Notes: a model not told the origin generated them from the sequence alone. A stretch of DNA of 64,000 nt from Blastocystis sp. Blastoise (GCA_039096225.1 JBBPEB010000032.1:1054001-1118000), one strand, 5' to 3'. Positions 34,601 to 49,423 are shown, counted from the stretch's first letter. Numbers and translations are program-made.

Positions 34601-35214
34601 CAGTATTAAAAGTAAATAAAAGACCCACTTTCAAATTTGCTTTTTTTTTTGAAATGAAAAAAATTACCGTGTATTACAAAATTTGACTGTCTGAATTTTT
34701 GTTTTTGACTTTTTTTATAAACATCATAAAACAAGTTTTTTCATTTATATTATAAGTTTAAATAGTCTACTGAATACCTCTTGACAACCTTTTATTGAAA
34801 ATAAGTCAACATTTCCAAACCACTAATGTTAAGAAAACAAACCTAAAAAGCAGCTCTGTTTGTCAAATAAAGACTATTTTGACTAAATATAAAGTCAAAA
34901 ACCTCATATTAACTCTATATGAGAAGAATAAAGAAAAATAGAAAAAAAATATCGACTTAGAATTATTTTTTCTTGTTTTTTAGAAAAATTCCTTCTCTAA
35001 ACCACTTTTTTAGAAGGTCAAATTTTTAAAGAAAAATTATTGGACTATTTTAAAAATTAACCAACCAAAACTCTTAAATAGGCCACCCTGCCTCATAGTG
35101 ATTATTATATTATATATTATTATTTTTGCATTTATTGAATTTTTTTTGATTACAAACATAAATAAAACTCTTTATCATAACATACAAAAAAAATATATTA
35201 AGCAATTGACTTTT

Positions 35215-35227
35215 CACCGGTAGGCAT
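35215..35227 (+). mobile_element. Candidate CACTA-family left TIR
   Basis: CACCGGTAGGCAT resembles the family consensus CACT(A/G)(G/T)TAGGCA. It may be the left end of the element holding the 55.7 kb transposase; no partner end was found. Confidence 0.35.
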
Positions 35228-37897
35228 AATCGTGGTAAAAATATTCCAAGCTATGAGAAACTTTACCTGATTACGTTTTAAGAATAATTCAGCAATAACA
35301 TAGATAGACCCCTATCTGAAATATTCTGATTTTGTTTCAGAAAAATTGAAATAAAGAGTTACTTTTTGTATGTTTTGGGTTATTCATTATATTGTTTAAT
35401 ACTTTCTTTTTTTATTATATTAATATGTCTATTGTTACAATTGTTGCCTTTTTATTATTATTATTTTACTGAATTATACAAAAACAAACAAAACAACAAA
35501 ATAAAAATGAATTGTGACTAATTCATTAACAAAATGAGTTTATAGATATACAATATTAATATTTATAACTTTATTATGTTCATTCAATATTATTTTAATC
35601 ATTTAAAACCTATATAAAAAATCATAAACTATAATCATTCAAAGTAATTATAAAAGAATAATAAATAAATAAAATATATACTTCTTCTGTAGTTTTTGTA
35701 TAGTGATTAATAATATATTACTATAAAAAAAGATAATAAAATAAGAATAACTATTTACATACAATTCATAAAATGGAAGAAAACTTTTATGAAATCTATT
35801 TTACTATAAAAATGAGTTGAATATAATTATATAGATACCTATTATTGCATAGATTGAACCAAATGACTATAAAAGATATAGAAAAATTATTATAGAAAAG
35901 AATGAAAATGTATTTATAATATACATACTTTATTATGAATAAAAATATATTAAACAAAAATTAAAACTAGAAAATCATCTCGTATGTTCTTATTGAACTG
36001 GATAATTATGCTTTTATACTTATTATATCTATATATAATAAAAAAATATTTAAAATAGCATGAAAATAAATAATAATAGAATACTGTTGTCTCAGTAAAC
36101 TATATAAATCATCATTTCTAGTATTATAAAGATATTCTATACTATAATAAACTAAACAAAAATGTAATTAAATTAAATATATAAAGATTCAATTATTAAA
36201 AAATTAGAAAAACAAAGAAAAGAATAGAATATTCTTTAAAATAAGCGAATCAAAAAGCTTCTTAGTGTTTATTAATTGTATTTTTAACTTCGTCATAACA
36301 AATTTTGAGGTTTTCAATGGTTGTTTTATTATTTCTTAAGATATAATTTGTAGCTTTTAATTGGTCCACCTTAGGACTCCACATATATTCCTATATAATT
36401 GTGTTTTGAAAGTTAAAAAGAAATATAAGGTTAGAATATATAAGAATCTAATTAGAGGCATTGTTAGAAATACCCAAAAAAACCATAATTATTTTAACCT
36501 GCCCAAAAAAAAATCGAATTGTTAGAAATACCCAAAATCTTTCAAAATTTTTGTTAAAATACCCAAAATTTTTACAAAATTGGTAGAAATACCCAACTGT
36601 TTATTTTAGACTCTAAACGATTGGTGGTTTGAAAACACAAATTCTTATAAACCAATTAAAATTCTTTTTATTTCTTTTGTCATTATTAGAAAAAATATAC
36701 TCAAGAATATATTTATATTTTCTTTATTAAAGCTTACATAAAAATTTTGTAGTAATTAAAACATAAGAAATATTTTAATAGATTATTATAATAATTTAGA
36801 AAAGTAGTTATTTAATTTAAGATAAGCATTTTTATTTACAAATTAAATATAATTATCTCAAATTTTTGGATTAAGGATAGTATAAATACTGCAGACACTT
36901 ATATCGACTGATTAGTGTCATTTATAGTGTAATAATATATTGTATTGCTCTCGAATAAAGCTTTTAAAAACTACAACGTAAGTTCTCATGATTTTTCATT
37001 AATTAATCACTATAAAAATGAAATTTGTTGTCCAGAATCACAAGAATATACTTTATTTTAATTTTGACATATTTAGACGATTAAAGCTTTAATTACTGCA
37101 TATTTAACAACAAAGATATCTGTAAATCAATATTAAATTCATGTTAATTATTTTTATGTTATAATTTGGTAACTGATTCAGTTCAGCCACAACCAGAAGT
37201 TGAAATATGTTTTGGTTTGATTAAGGTGAACTATCATAAGTTTAAAGATAGTAAATAAATAACAAAATTTGAGACTGTAAAAACATATGGAGTCAAAATT
37301 ATGTATGTAAAAAGTTTCAACTAGAAAATGTAGTTTTACTATATATGTAAAAGCTAGGGTATCGAATAAAAAAACAAAAAACCCCAAAAAAGAAGACTTG
37401 CTTACAGATGTTACATTTCAAATTACCCGTTTATGTTCCATTTCCAAGGTGATGATGTTTCTGGATGGGTAGTCAAAAGATATTGTTGTCACGACTCTTC
37501 TGAGCAAACTTAAATAAATAAATTATATTCTTATATTAACATATTTATAGAAATGCAATCGTTTGTATATATTATATATCAAATGAAACAAAAAGCAAAA
37601 AATAGATTATAAGTTGTTAAAAAATGTTAAAAATAAATTAAATGATTTAAAAGATAATACTAAACAATATATAGTGCTAAAAGAAAGAATAAAAGAAAAC
37701 AAATTAGACATATCATATGAACTATTAATATTTTTAATCAAGAATATATATATATGTATTACATGATTCTACATAAATATATTAATATATTAGATTTTCT
37801 ATTTTATACACAATATTTAATATATATAAATTTATATATATATGTATACATGTATACTATTCAATACATATGTATATCTATTCTATATACATATACA

Positions 37898-37932
<35 letters not shown>

Positions 37933-38153
37933 ATATATATATATATAGCATTCTATACATATGCTTATTTATATCTATATATAGAATTCTAATATATCCG
38001 ATTAAGTATATATATATATTCAATATATATATAATATATATTTTTCTATATATGTTATTCTTCATACTAATAAAAGTAACATATATACACAATTCTATTT
38101 ATTCTTTTATATATCAATATATATATAATTCTATATATCAAATATTGTGTATA

Positions 38154-40030
38154 GCGTTTTAAAAAATGAGAATTCAACTTCAATTGAATGAAAAAAACGA
38201 TTCTTAGAATAATAGGAATAGGAAAATTATAATAAGAAGTGGTAGTAATATACGTAAATGAAGAATGATAATAGAAGTTGATAAAAAAGTAGCATCACAA
38301 GTAAAATGAGAAAGAGAAAAAGTAGAAGTAGAAGGACAAGGAGATATAGAAGGACAAGGACAAGGACAAGGACAAGGACAAGGACAAGAATAAGACGATG
38401 GAGAAGGACAATGATAAGGCGAAGAAGAAGAATAAGAATAAGACGAGTGAGAAGGACAAGAAGAAGAAGAAGAAGAATAAGATGAGGGAGAAGGACAAGG
38501 ACAAGGACAAGAAGAAGGACAAGGACAAGGGCAAGGACAAGGACAAGGACAAGAAGAAGGACAAGGACAAGGACAAGAAGAAGGACAAGGACAAGGGCAA
38601 GGACAAGGACAAGAAGAAGTAGAAGGAGAAGGAGCAGGACAAGATAAAGGACAAGAAGAAGAAGAAGAAAAAAAAAAAAAAAAAAAAAAACATCAGTAGA
38701 AGATAAGAATAAGTAGAATGAGAATGATTAGAAGTAGAAGTATAAGGATAATATAGAAAAAGAAGACGAAGAAGGGATAATATGTGGGTATAGAAGAAGA
38801 AATATGAGAAAAATAGTGGAAAAAGAAGAGACTCAAAAGAGAATAGAAGGAGAGGAGCGAAATATGAATAAAAAGGAGAATAGGAAAGAGAAAGATAAGA
38901 AGGAGAAGAAGAAGGATAAGGATAAGAAAATAAGAATGACAAAGAGAATGAGGAGAGGAAATAGAAAAACGAGAAAAAATGAAGGAAAAAAGAAAGAGAA
39001 GAAGAAGAAGGAAAAGTGAAATTATAAAGCGAAGAAGAAACAGAAAGAGAAAGAAAATGATAAGAAGAATGAGAAGAAGAAGAATAGGAATGACAAGAAG
39101 AACAAGAAGTACAAATAGAAGAAGGACAAGAAGAAAGATAATAGAAGAAGGACAAGAAGGAACAAGAGAAGAAGGAGAAAAAGGAGAAGGAAGAAAAAGA
39201 GAAGGAAAAGAAGAAGGAAAAGAAGAAGAAGGAGAAGGAAAAATAGAAGAAGGACTAGAATGATGAGAAGTATAAGTAAAAACTAAAAGTAAAAAATAAA
39301 TATAAGAAGAATGAGAGAAGAATATGAAAAGGAGATAGAGAAGTAGACGTATAAGTTGAAGTAAAAGGAAAGAAAAAGAAATAAAAGTATAGTAGTAGAA
39401 ACAAAAGTAGAGATAGTGTAGAAGGAGAAGGAAAAGGAAAAGGAAAAGGAAAATCAATAGAAGAAGAATGAAAAGAAAAATTAGAAAAGGAGAAACATAA
39501 AAAGAAGAAGGAAGAGAAAGAGAATATAGAAAAGAAAGAGACAAAATAGAAGAAACAAAACGAAAGAAGTAGGAGAAGAAGAAATAATATTAATAATAAA
39601 AAAATGAATGAGAATAAGAAATAGAAGAATGGCAATAATGCTAATGGGAATGAAAACAAGAATAAGAAGAAAGGGAAATAGAAGAACAAGGAGAAACATA
39701 AGTGCAAGTAAAATAAGAAGAAAAAGTAGTAGTAGTGATAGAAGTGGATGTATAGCATAAGAAGTAGTAGAAGTAAAAGTATGAATAGGAGTAGAAGTAC
39801 AAGTAGAAGTATAAGTGGAAAAATAAGTAGTTGTATTAGTAGTAGTATTAGCAGTAGTGTAGAAGTTAAAATTGAAAAAAAAGAATAGAGTAAGTAATAG
39901 TCGTAGAAATATGAGTAGAAGTACAAGTAGAAATATAAGAATAAAGGAAAAAATGAAAGAAGCTGAAGGAAAAGAAGGAAATGTATAAGAAGAAGAAGAA
40001 GAAATAATAATGAGGAGAAATAGCAACAAA

Positions 40031-40083
<53 letters not shown>

Positions 40084-43000
40084 GAAGAAGAAGAAGAAGA
40101 AGAAGAAGAATTAGGAAAATGAGATGAATAAAGAAATGTAATAAGGAGTAAAATCTTGAGAAATAGAATGAGAAGTAAAAGAATAATAAGAAGTAGAAAA
40201 CTTTAACAAGTATAAATAGAAGAAGAAGAAAAAAAACAATGAGAAATATAATAAAAAGATTGAGAATAAAAGAAAAAAGAAAGAATTGAAAGATAATAGG
40301 AATAAGAATAAGAAAGATAATTAGAAGTACAAGGAGGAGTATAAGGAAAATGAAAAAAAGAAGTACAAGCAGAAGGAGAAGGTAATGTTGAAAAAGAATA
40401 GGAATGACGATAATAAGAAAGATAAAGAGAAATAGAAGGAAAAGGATAATGTGAATTAAAATAAGAATCACAAAAAGAAAAAGCAGAAGGAAAACGAGAA
40501 AAATTTGATTTACAGTGAGGAGAAAAAGAATTGTAAAAAAGAAGAAATATAATAAGAAGAATGAGAACAAGAACAGGAATGAAAATAAGAAAAAGAAGGA
40601 TACTTCAAATAAAAAGAATAACAAGAAAGACATAATATAGACTAAAAAATGATATAGAAGAAAGAGAAGATAGGAAATAAGGAGAAGAAGAAGATAAAGT
40701 AGAAGAAGAATTAGAGCAAGAACAGAATTACAGAAAGAAAAGTAGAATGAAAATAAGAAAGAGAATAGGAATATAAATAAGACGTAGAAGAAGAAATAGA
40801 ATCAAAATGAGACGAATTTAGAATAAAACAGAATATGTAAAGTAGATAAATACGGAGAATGAGAAATGAGAAGTGTATAAATAGAATAAAAATAACTAGG
40901 CGAACAAGTAGAAGAAAAGCAAAAAAAGAAGAATCTGGAGAAGAATCAGAATAAGAATAAGAATATGACTGCGAAAGTAATAGTAGAAGTATAAATAGAC
41001 TTATACTTAGAAGGAGAAGGAGAAGTAGAAGAAGAAGCATAATATGTATAAGTATAAATAGAAGAAGTATAGTATAAAGAAAATAAGAGAATAAAAAGGA
41101 GAATAAATGATATAAGTATAGTATAAATAGAAGAAGCAGAAAGAGAATATGAATAAGAATCGATAAAATGTAAGTATAAGTATAAATAGAAGAAAAAATA
41201 AAAGTAGAACAAGAATAGGAATAAGAATTAGAATTGAAAGAATATAATATGAAAAATAATAATAAGAAGTTGTATTAGTAAAAGTAGATGTAAAATGATG
41301 AATATAAGTTGATAAACTAGAAGTAGAAGAATAAGTTGATAAACAAGAAGTCTAACTATGGTAGAACTAGAAGAAAAAGTAAAAGAAAAAGTAGAAGAAA
41401 AAAAGGAGAAGCTCAAATTGAAGAATAAGAGTTAATAGTAGTACAAGTACAGTAAAAGGAGAATTGAAAGTAGAAGGAGAAATAGCAAGTAGTGGTAGTA
41501 GAAGCAGAAGTGTAAGAACAAGAAGAAGGAAAACTAGGAAGTACAACTAGAACTAGAAGTAGAAGAAAAAGTAGAAATGGACGTATATGTATAAATATAA
41601 GTAAGAGTAGATGTTCAAGTAGAATGAGAAGTATAAGAATAAGAGTAAATAGTAGTAGATATATAAGTATAATAGAAGTAGAAAAATACGAGTAAATAGT
41701 AGTAGAAGTAGAATGAAAATAATAATGATAATAAATAGTAGAAATAGTAGTAGTAGTAGAAATAGAATTAGAAGAATAAGAGTAAGTAGTAGTAGTAGTA
41801 GAAGTACAAGTAAAAGTAACAGTAAAATTATAATTACAAGTAGAAGAATAAAAACACGAAGGAAAAGAAGTTGAAGGACACGAAGTACAAGTAAAAGAAC
41901 TAGAATTGAAATAAGAAAGGAATGAAAATAATAATGATACAAAAAAGTGAAAAGAAGAAGAAGAAGAAGTAGCATGAGATGAATAAAGAAAACGAAAAGG
42001 AAGTAGAATAATAAGAAAAAGAATGAGAAGTGAAATAAGAAGAAGAATAAGAAAAGGAGATAGAATTAATATAAATAGAAGGAGAATAAGAAGTAGAAGT
42101 AGAAGTAGAAGTAGCAAGATAAGGAGAAGTATAATAAAGAGAATGAGAATGAGAATGAGAATGAAAAGAAAAAGTAAAATATGAAAGATAATAAGAATAA
42201 GAATAAGAATAAGAATAAGAATAAGAAGAAAAAGTAGAAATACAAGGAAGAGAGAGGAAAATGAAGATAAGAAGTAGAAGCAGAAGGAGATAATGAGATT
42301 GAAGAAAAAATATGTTGGAGAACAATAATAAGCCTGATAATGAAAAATAGAATGAAAAGGAGAATTCGAAGTAAATTAATAGGTATATGAAGAATAACAA
42401 GAAGCAGAATGAAAATAAGAAAAATTAGAATTAGAATAGAAGAATGGAAATTGTAAAAAGAAGAAATAGAATGAGAAGAGTGAAAACAAGGAGACGAATG
42501 AAAACAAGAAGAATTAAAACAAGAAGAATTAAAACAAGAAGAATTAAAACAAGGAGAAGGACGATACAAATAAGAAGAAGAAAAAGAGAATAGAGAGAAG
42601 AAATGATATAGAAGAAGGAAAAGATAGGGAACAAGAAGAAGAAGAAGAAAACCAGAATAAATAGAAGGAAAAGTAGAAGGAAAAAAGAAAGATAATAAGA
42701 ATTAAAAGGAAATGCAGAAGGAAAATGAGATTAATTTGGAGAAAAAAAAACATGTAAAAGTAGAAGAATATGGAGAATAAAAAAAGGGAAGCATACGAGT
42801 AGAATAAAGAGAACTAGACAAGCAAGGAGAAGAAAGTAAAATAAGAAGAATTTAGATAAGGATAAGAATAAGAATAAGGATAAGAATAAGAACATGACAA
42901 ATAAAGTAGTAGTAGAAGCATAAGAGATGTATAAATAGACTTAGACTTAGAAGTGGAAATAGAAGGAGAAGGAGAAGGAGAAGGAGAAGGAGAAGGAGAA

Positions 43001-45107
43001 GGAGAAGGAGAAGGAGAATAAAAATGATAACAATAAGTATAAGTAGAACCATATGTATAAGGGCAACAACAAAAGATACGAATATAGGAGAAGGAGAAGA
43101 GAAATGAAAATTTGAAGTAGAATGAGAATGAAAATGAAAATAAAAAGTCGTTGAAAAATCAGAATACTAACGAGGAGAAGATAAAGAGGTGTAAAGATAA
43201 TATAATAAAAACAAGAAATAGAATATAAATAAAAATAAGAATAGCAAGAATAGAAAGAATAGCAATAATAAGAAGAATAAACAGAATAAAAAGGAGAAGA
43301 AGAAGAAGATGGAGAATAATAATAAGTGCAAGGAGAAAGAGAAAGAGTGAATAATGAAAATAAGAATAGTTGAATAAAACTAAGATGAAGAATTATAACA
43401 AAAACAGGAAGAAGAAGGAAAATGATAAGAAGAAGAATTAGAAGATGAATAAAAAAACAAAGAATAGAATAAGGAGTATGTTAAGCAGAAGTAAAAGTAA
43501 AATAAGAATAAGATGGAGGAATAGAATCATAATACTAATAACAATTAGAAGAAGAAATATGATAAAGAAACTAGGCTAATTAGAAGAAAAAGAATAGTAC
43601 TATTGAAAATAAGAATAAGAGTAACAAAGAAATATGTACAAAGAAAAATGAGTAAAAAGTATACTAGAAGTAGAATATAGAGAGAAAGACTATGATAATA
43701 TAATGTATAGAAGAAGAAGAAGAAGAAGAAGAAGAAGGAGAATAAGAAGAAAAATGACATGAAGTAGAAGTAGAAGGAGAATAATAGTTAAAAGGATAAT
43801 GTGAATAAGAATATGAAATGAATAATAATAAGAAGAAGAAGTAGACATAGAAGTAGATTGTGAAAGATAACGAGAATGAAAAAAGAAAGTAGAAGGTAAA
43901 TAAGAAGAAGTAGGTGAATAAGTAGTAGACAGAAATAGAAAGTGAATTAATAAGGAGAACGAAATTAAAAAGAAACTACGAATAACACCAGGAATAAGAA
44001 GTAGAAGTAGAATTAGATGAAAACTAGGAAGAAAAAATCAAAATAGAATGAGAATAAGTATATGGAGTAGAAAGCGAAATTCAACGATAAATAGAATGAG
44101 AATAAGTAGAAGAAGAAGAATAATTGGAGAACAAGAACAAGAAGGAAAATAGGAAGAAGAAGAAGAAGAAGAAGAAGAAGAAGAAGAAGAATTGAAAGAG
44201 AAACAGAAGATAAAATGGTTATTTACAATGAGAAAAGAATGGGAAGTAGAACAAAAACTTGAATAAGACGAAGAAGGCAACGGAGAAGGAAAAAGTAGCA
44301 TATGAAGGAAAGGGAGAAGTAGGACGTGGATAGTAATAAAAATAAGAAAGAAAAAATAAAATATTAGGAGACGTGGAACAAGAAGGAGAAAGTGAGATAT
44401 AAGGAGAAACTGAATAACAGAAAAAATAAGAGACTAAATAAGAAAAAAATAGGAAGTAAGACTAATATAAGACTAAGAATAAATTGAAGAAGGACAAGAA
44501 GGACAAGAAGGACAAGAAAAAGAAGAAATAGCAATAGCAATGAGAATAAGAAGTAAATCTATAATGAGAATGAGAAGCAGAAAGGAAGTATAAGTAAAAT
44601 AAGATGTATAGATGAAAGAAAAATAATAAAGATAGAAGATAGAAGATAGAAGATAGAAGATAGAAGATAGAAGATAGAAGATAGAAGATAGAAGAATGAA
44701 AGAATAGAAGAATGAAAGAATAGAAGATAGAAGATAGAAGATAGAAGATAGAAGAATGAAAGAATAAGTATAAGGATAAGAAGAAGAATTATTAAGGGAT
44801 AAGAAGAAGAAGAATAAAAAGGACAACAAAATAATAGTAGAATTCGTGAAGAAGTAATACTAAAGAAAATGAATAAGGAAGAACTAATATCCATATGAAA
44901 AAGAAGAAAAAAAAATGGAGTAAGAAGTTAATTAGAATGAAGAATGAAGAAGAAATAGCATATTAAGAGAAGAACGTGCTAGAGAGAAGCGAATAAAGTT
45001 CAATAAGCAAGATAATTATAATATTTAAAAGAATAGTAAACTGAATAAAAGAAGAGAATAGCAACTGATAACTTCAATCATAAATTAATACTATCTGACC
45101 AAACTCT
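38154..45107. repeat. ~7 kb purine-rich (+ strand) low-complexity tract with no sustained frame
   Basis: Strongly C-depleted on +. Arrays of GAA, GGACAA, GAATAA, GAAGTA, GGAGAA, AAT, a 7-mer AGAAGAT (~44630-44755) and a 15-mer (~42500-42555). All + frames are broken by stops. Confidence 0.85.
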
Positions 45108-45850
45108 CTATAGAAAATTAATAAAAAGTACAATAAGTCTAAAGAATATATAATATTAATAAAGTAATAATATAATAATAACTATTAAGACAAGAATATC
45201 AAATATATATTAATAGTCAGTTAAAATAAATTAGTTATACTATTAAAAGATATATACCTTAATAAAAACTTGAATCATTGCAATTTGTTTTGGTTATGCT
45301 TGGATTTGTTAAGATTCACTAAATAATTATATAAAATAAATAAAATAAATAGATTAAAGTATATATATATTAGAGAAACAACTAAATAGAAAAGTAAAGT
45401 AATTCAATTGTAAAAAATATATTTTTAAGTTAGAACAACATAACAACGCTATGATAATAATAGAGATGTACTAATAGCATAGAAATAAAATAGATATAAC
45501 AGAGAATAAACAAGATGAGAAAATGTAAAATAATTATATACCTTAGATTCATCTTTATTGTTCACCAAGACCTTTTCAGTTGATTTGAAACTAGATAAAG
45601 CTTGTTTTGAATATGTAAACAATAAGCAACCAATTGATCAACTGATTACTATATAAAATTAAATATTTGATGACAGCAGATGATACAAAATATAGATTTA
45701 TAACTAAAAAACATACATAGATTCATTTTATATGTCTATAATGACAATATATGAAATAAATCAATATTTGAATGTCACGAGAAATCATTCTGAGGATGGA
45801 AAAAGCGATAAATCAGCCTAAATAGCTAAACCAACCTCTTTGATAAAAAC
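45108..45850 (-). ncRNA. Spliced leader exons leading into the pyrimidine strand of the 7 kb tract (putative lncRNA)
   Basis: Minus-strand introns 45541-45319 and 45257-45108 (AAG|GTATA...TAG). No ORF. Weak similarity to 50520-50800. Confidence 0.35.
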
Positions 45851-46039
45851 TGTTTTGGGATTTAGTGAACGAGTTTTAAAAATAATTTCTAGAGATTCAA
45901 ATAATGGAATAAAAAGTCTTTTTTGATATGGTCCCTATTCTTAAAGTTTTTTAGAATTACTTCAATCCGTGAAAGTCTTATTCAGCATCAGCTTAAATGA
46001 ACTGCTGAAAGAAGTATATTTTTTAAATATTAGTATATG

Positions 46040-46892
46040 GATTATTTGTTTATTTAGAAGGTTATTTTACACTTTATATTTATATTATATTTTTATATGC
46101 ATATTATTATAGATTAGGAATGAAATGAGCACAGATAATGGACCAATTGGTGACTCATTCTTTTAGGTATGTGTTTATTTTGTGATATTATGTATATAGG
46201 TTTGGAAACATAATCTAGGGAGCCTGATGACGTTGACTATTCAATATTGGAAGAAAACGAAATGATGGGCATTTCCTTGTTGAGAATATTCTTGGTATCC
46301 GTTCTAGTTGTATGTTATTTCATATTTTATTTTTATATTTAATTATTATTTAGGAGATTATTAAAAAGAAAAAAGTAATTGGTCTCCATCTACTAAGAAA
46401 ATTGGTGTTTAGGTCCTTCTTTTGATTTTTATTATTTTATTTTTTATCAGAAGTATATATTTATGTTATTAATACTATATTGTATCTAATTATATAGAAA
46501 TGGCGAGTGATTATTGTTATGGAATTTTTGTAACTTTTCGATTTCAGCACAATAATTATCGAGTCCTTAAAAGTATATAAATATATTAAATAATTATTTC
46601 TATTCTATAGATTTATGGAGTAAATTAATATAATCATATATACAAAAAAAAATACTAGAAGAATATGGTTAAAAAGTATATATTTTTTTATTTTTATTAT
46701 TATTAAAATTATATAAATTTGTTTAATTAAATTTATATATTATAGTTATTTATTTTTGTTATAACTGATGTTCTAACATTGATATATGGTTCAAATATCT
46801 ATATATATATATATTATTTATAAATTCTTAATATTTTATTAATTTATTATATTATTTTTCTATATAGGACTATTAATTATCATTCTTTTATT

Positions 46893-46923
<31 letters not shown>

Positions 46924-47451
46924 TATTTATTTTCGATATATTTTATTCTTATTCATATATATAGTATTATTAAGCTATGTACTCATTAGCTTCTCTACAT
47001 CAATACTACTATGTGACTAGGTATATTATATATATATTTAATTATTAGCATATTATTTTCTATTACTTCTTAATATATATATATTTATATATTAACTAGT
47101 ATTTTTTATATAGAGAATGGGACGTTTCCCTTATGTTATAAACTTCATGGTCATCAATTTTTATATCTAAGGTATATCGTTTTTATATATAAGTAATTGT
47201 TTTATTGTAGTATATTGTTTCAAATTATTTCTATATATTATTCTATTTTCCGTACAATAATTATTTATGTTTTTTATATAATTTATATTATGTACCTATA
47301 ATTACTAATAATATCCTATTGTTTATATTTCTGTTATTCATGTCTCTATAGTTTTATTAGTTATATAAAAACATAACTAGTAAAACTGTAATTACATGTA
47401 TATATTATATAGGTGTTATATAAATATACGAATGTTGCTTTAGTTGAAGAA

Positions 47452-47548
<97 letters not shown>

Positions 47549-48635
47549 GTTATAGACTTTTATTGTATTCTTTTTATATTATTATTTTATACATTTTTCT
47601 CTCTATATAACATATACACAGATATATTTACCTAATATATACTCTTTAGAAAATTGATATATGTTTTATTTTGGAAGTTGATAATATATACTAAAATCAG
47701 TTCATATCAATTGTTTATTCTTAAACTGTATATATATATATATTATCTATCAAAGTCAAAGTTATATATAAATAGAATAATGAAGAATTATCTATATATA
47801 GATGGTCTTTAGTTCTATTACTACATTATTTTTATGTATTTAAGATATATATAAATATATTATATATATACTTTTATATATACTTATTATATAAATATAA
47901 ACTTATAGACTTATATATAGTAATATATCAGTTATCCTTTTATTTTTCTCATGAGTTTTTAAGTATATAGTCTTTTTATCTTATTATATATATAATACAT
48001 TTTTTATAAATTGACACAAAAGGTAATATTATTTGTATATATAATTTTATCTCAACTATTCTTCTATTTAATTCTTTTATATCACTTTATCTTTCTATAA
48101 CTATATTATGTATTATCATTTTATAATATAATTTGTTTATAGTTAATTATATATATATATATATATGTAGTAACAGTAATAACTCTTCTTTTGGTCTCTT
48201 TTGTTCAATTATACTAGTATATACACTATGATAATATATATGTATTCTATTTATCTCATTTTATATATAGTTTTCTATTTATTTTGTTATATTTATAATA
48301 CACTTATTGTTATGTATACTATATTTTCTTTTTGTTTATACTATTATACTTATATCATTTTTATTATATATAGGATTAAGGATATATATATAATTGATTA
48401 TGAATGATTTAGTTTTTGTATTATATTAAGCCTTATTTTCTTGTATATATATATAAATATAGGTATCCTTTACTTTATGTTCCAGTTTTCTTTTCTATTA
48501 TATACATTGATATTCACTATTGTGTATTAATATTATTATATATAGTGTGTGAAGGTATTAAATACATTCTGGTTAAGAGTATATATTTTCATTGTTTTAA
48601 TATATATACATAATATGTTCTTATGTTACATCAAA

Positions 48636-48683
<48 letters not shown>

Positions 48684-49237
48684 TTTCTTTTTTTCATTAT
48701 TACATTTATGTATATATTCATATATATATATAAACTTGTTATTCCCTTAATTAATTCATGTCATATTATTCATTCATTTTTTTATATATGTATATCTTAT
48801 ATTTATTATGTATATTATTATTTATGTATATAGATATTAATCGACTTATAGAAATTATTATAAATAATGTTAATACGATTTTTTTGTATATATTTTATTA
48901 ATATTTATAATAGTTTAATATGTAATATTTTACTATTATAATATTATATTGTGTTTATTTAATTTATTTATATATATTTTATTCATTTATTTTATTCTCT
49001 AGCTATTTATAGAGTATATCTTCAATTTATTTCCTACTATATATATGCAATTCTTATTTATAGTATATATTATATAATACTTCTTTTTTTATATATTTTT
49101 TTATTAGTATTCTGTTCTCTACTTTATTCTTTAATACATTATATTCTGTTATATATTGATATATTTTTTTTATTCTAAATGTTTTCATTATATAGGTTAT
49201 TATTAATAGGTATAATAGATATAAGAGGTATACTGGA

Positions 49238-49277
<40 letters not shown>

Positions 49278-49350
49278 CTACACTTTTTTTATAGTCTCTT
49301 TTCTGCAAACATATATATATATATATATATAATTATATTCGCATAATTAA
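46040..49350 (+). pseudogene. Intron-rich unit without an open frame (pseudogene or lncRNA)
   Basis: Many well-formed GTAT...TATAG introns around 30-110 nt exons. The best spliced frames I tried contain TAA/TAG/TGA (e.g. NLWSKLI*SYIQKKILEEYG*K). Confidence 0.45.
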
Positions 49351-49354
49351 TATT

Positions 49355-49423
49355 CCTTAGACTGAATATGGTCAGTATCAATCATTAATAGATTGTTATC
49401 AGGTTCAATTCCTGATCTAAGGT
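49355..49423 (+). ncRNA. Non-canonical tRNA-like cloverleaf 1 (mascRNA-like)
   Basis: Acceptor CCTTAGA/TCTAAGG. D arm CTGA-ATATGG-TCAG follows with no 8/9 linker. Stem CAATC-ATTAATA-GATTG. 3-nt variable region. T arm TCAGG-TTCAATT-CCTGA (perfect B box). T8 run ~12 nt downstream. Confidence 0.75.

Noticed and set aside
36459-36597. CRISPR-like repeat-spacer array (also considered for 26535-26660)
   Set aside because: Eukaryotic context, spacers too short or irregular, and no cas genes. The 36459 repeats are mirrored at 54845-54929 as transposon subterminal repeats.
37449-37504. Box C/D snoRNA candidate (GTGATGA...CTGA)
   Set aside because: Only ~55 nt, no terminal stem, and only weak recalled complementarity to SSU rRNA. 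It needs snoscan with the organism's own rRNA.
37754-38162. YIYIYI-type ORFs here and at 47413, 48549, 51014 and 56713
   Set aside because: Translations of (TA)n microsatellites and intronic minisatellites.
38295-44894. Many F/L/S-rich minus-strand ORFs, and the equivalent plus-strand ORFs at 51500-53164
   Set aside because: They overlap in all three frames and arise because the pyrimidine strand is poor in the A/G needed to form stops.
49270-49354. MALAT1-type triple-helix (ENE) upstream of the cloverleaves
   Set aside because: U-rich patches exist, but no A-rich tract abuts either predicted cleavage site.
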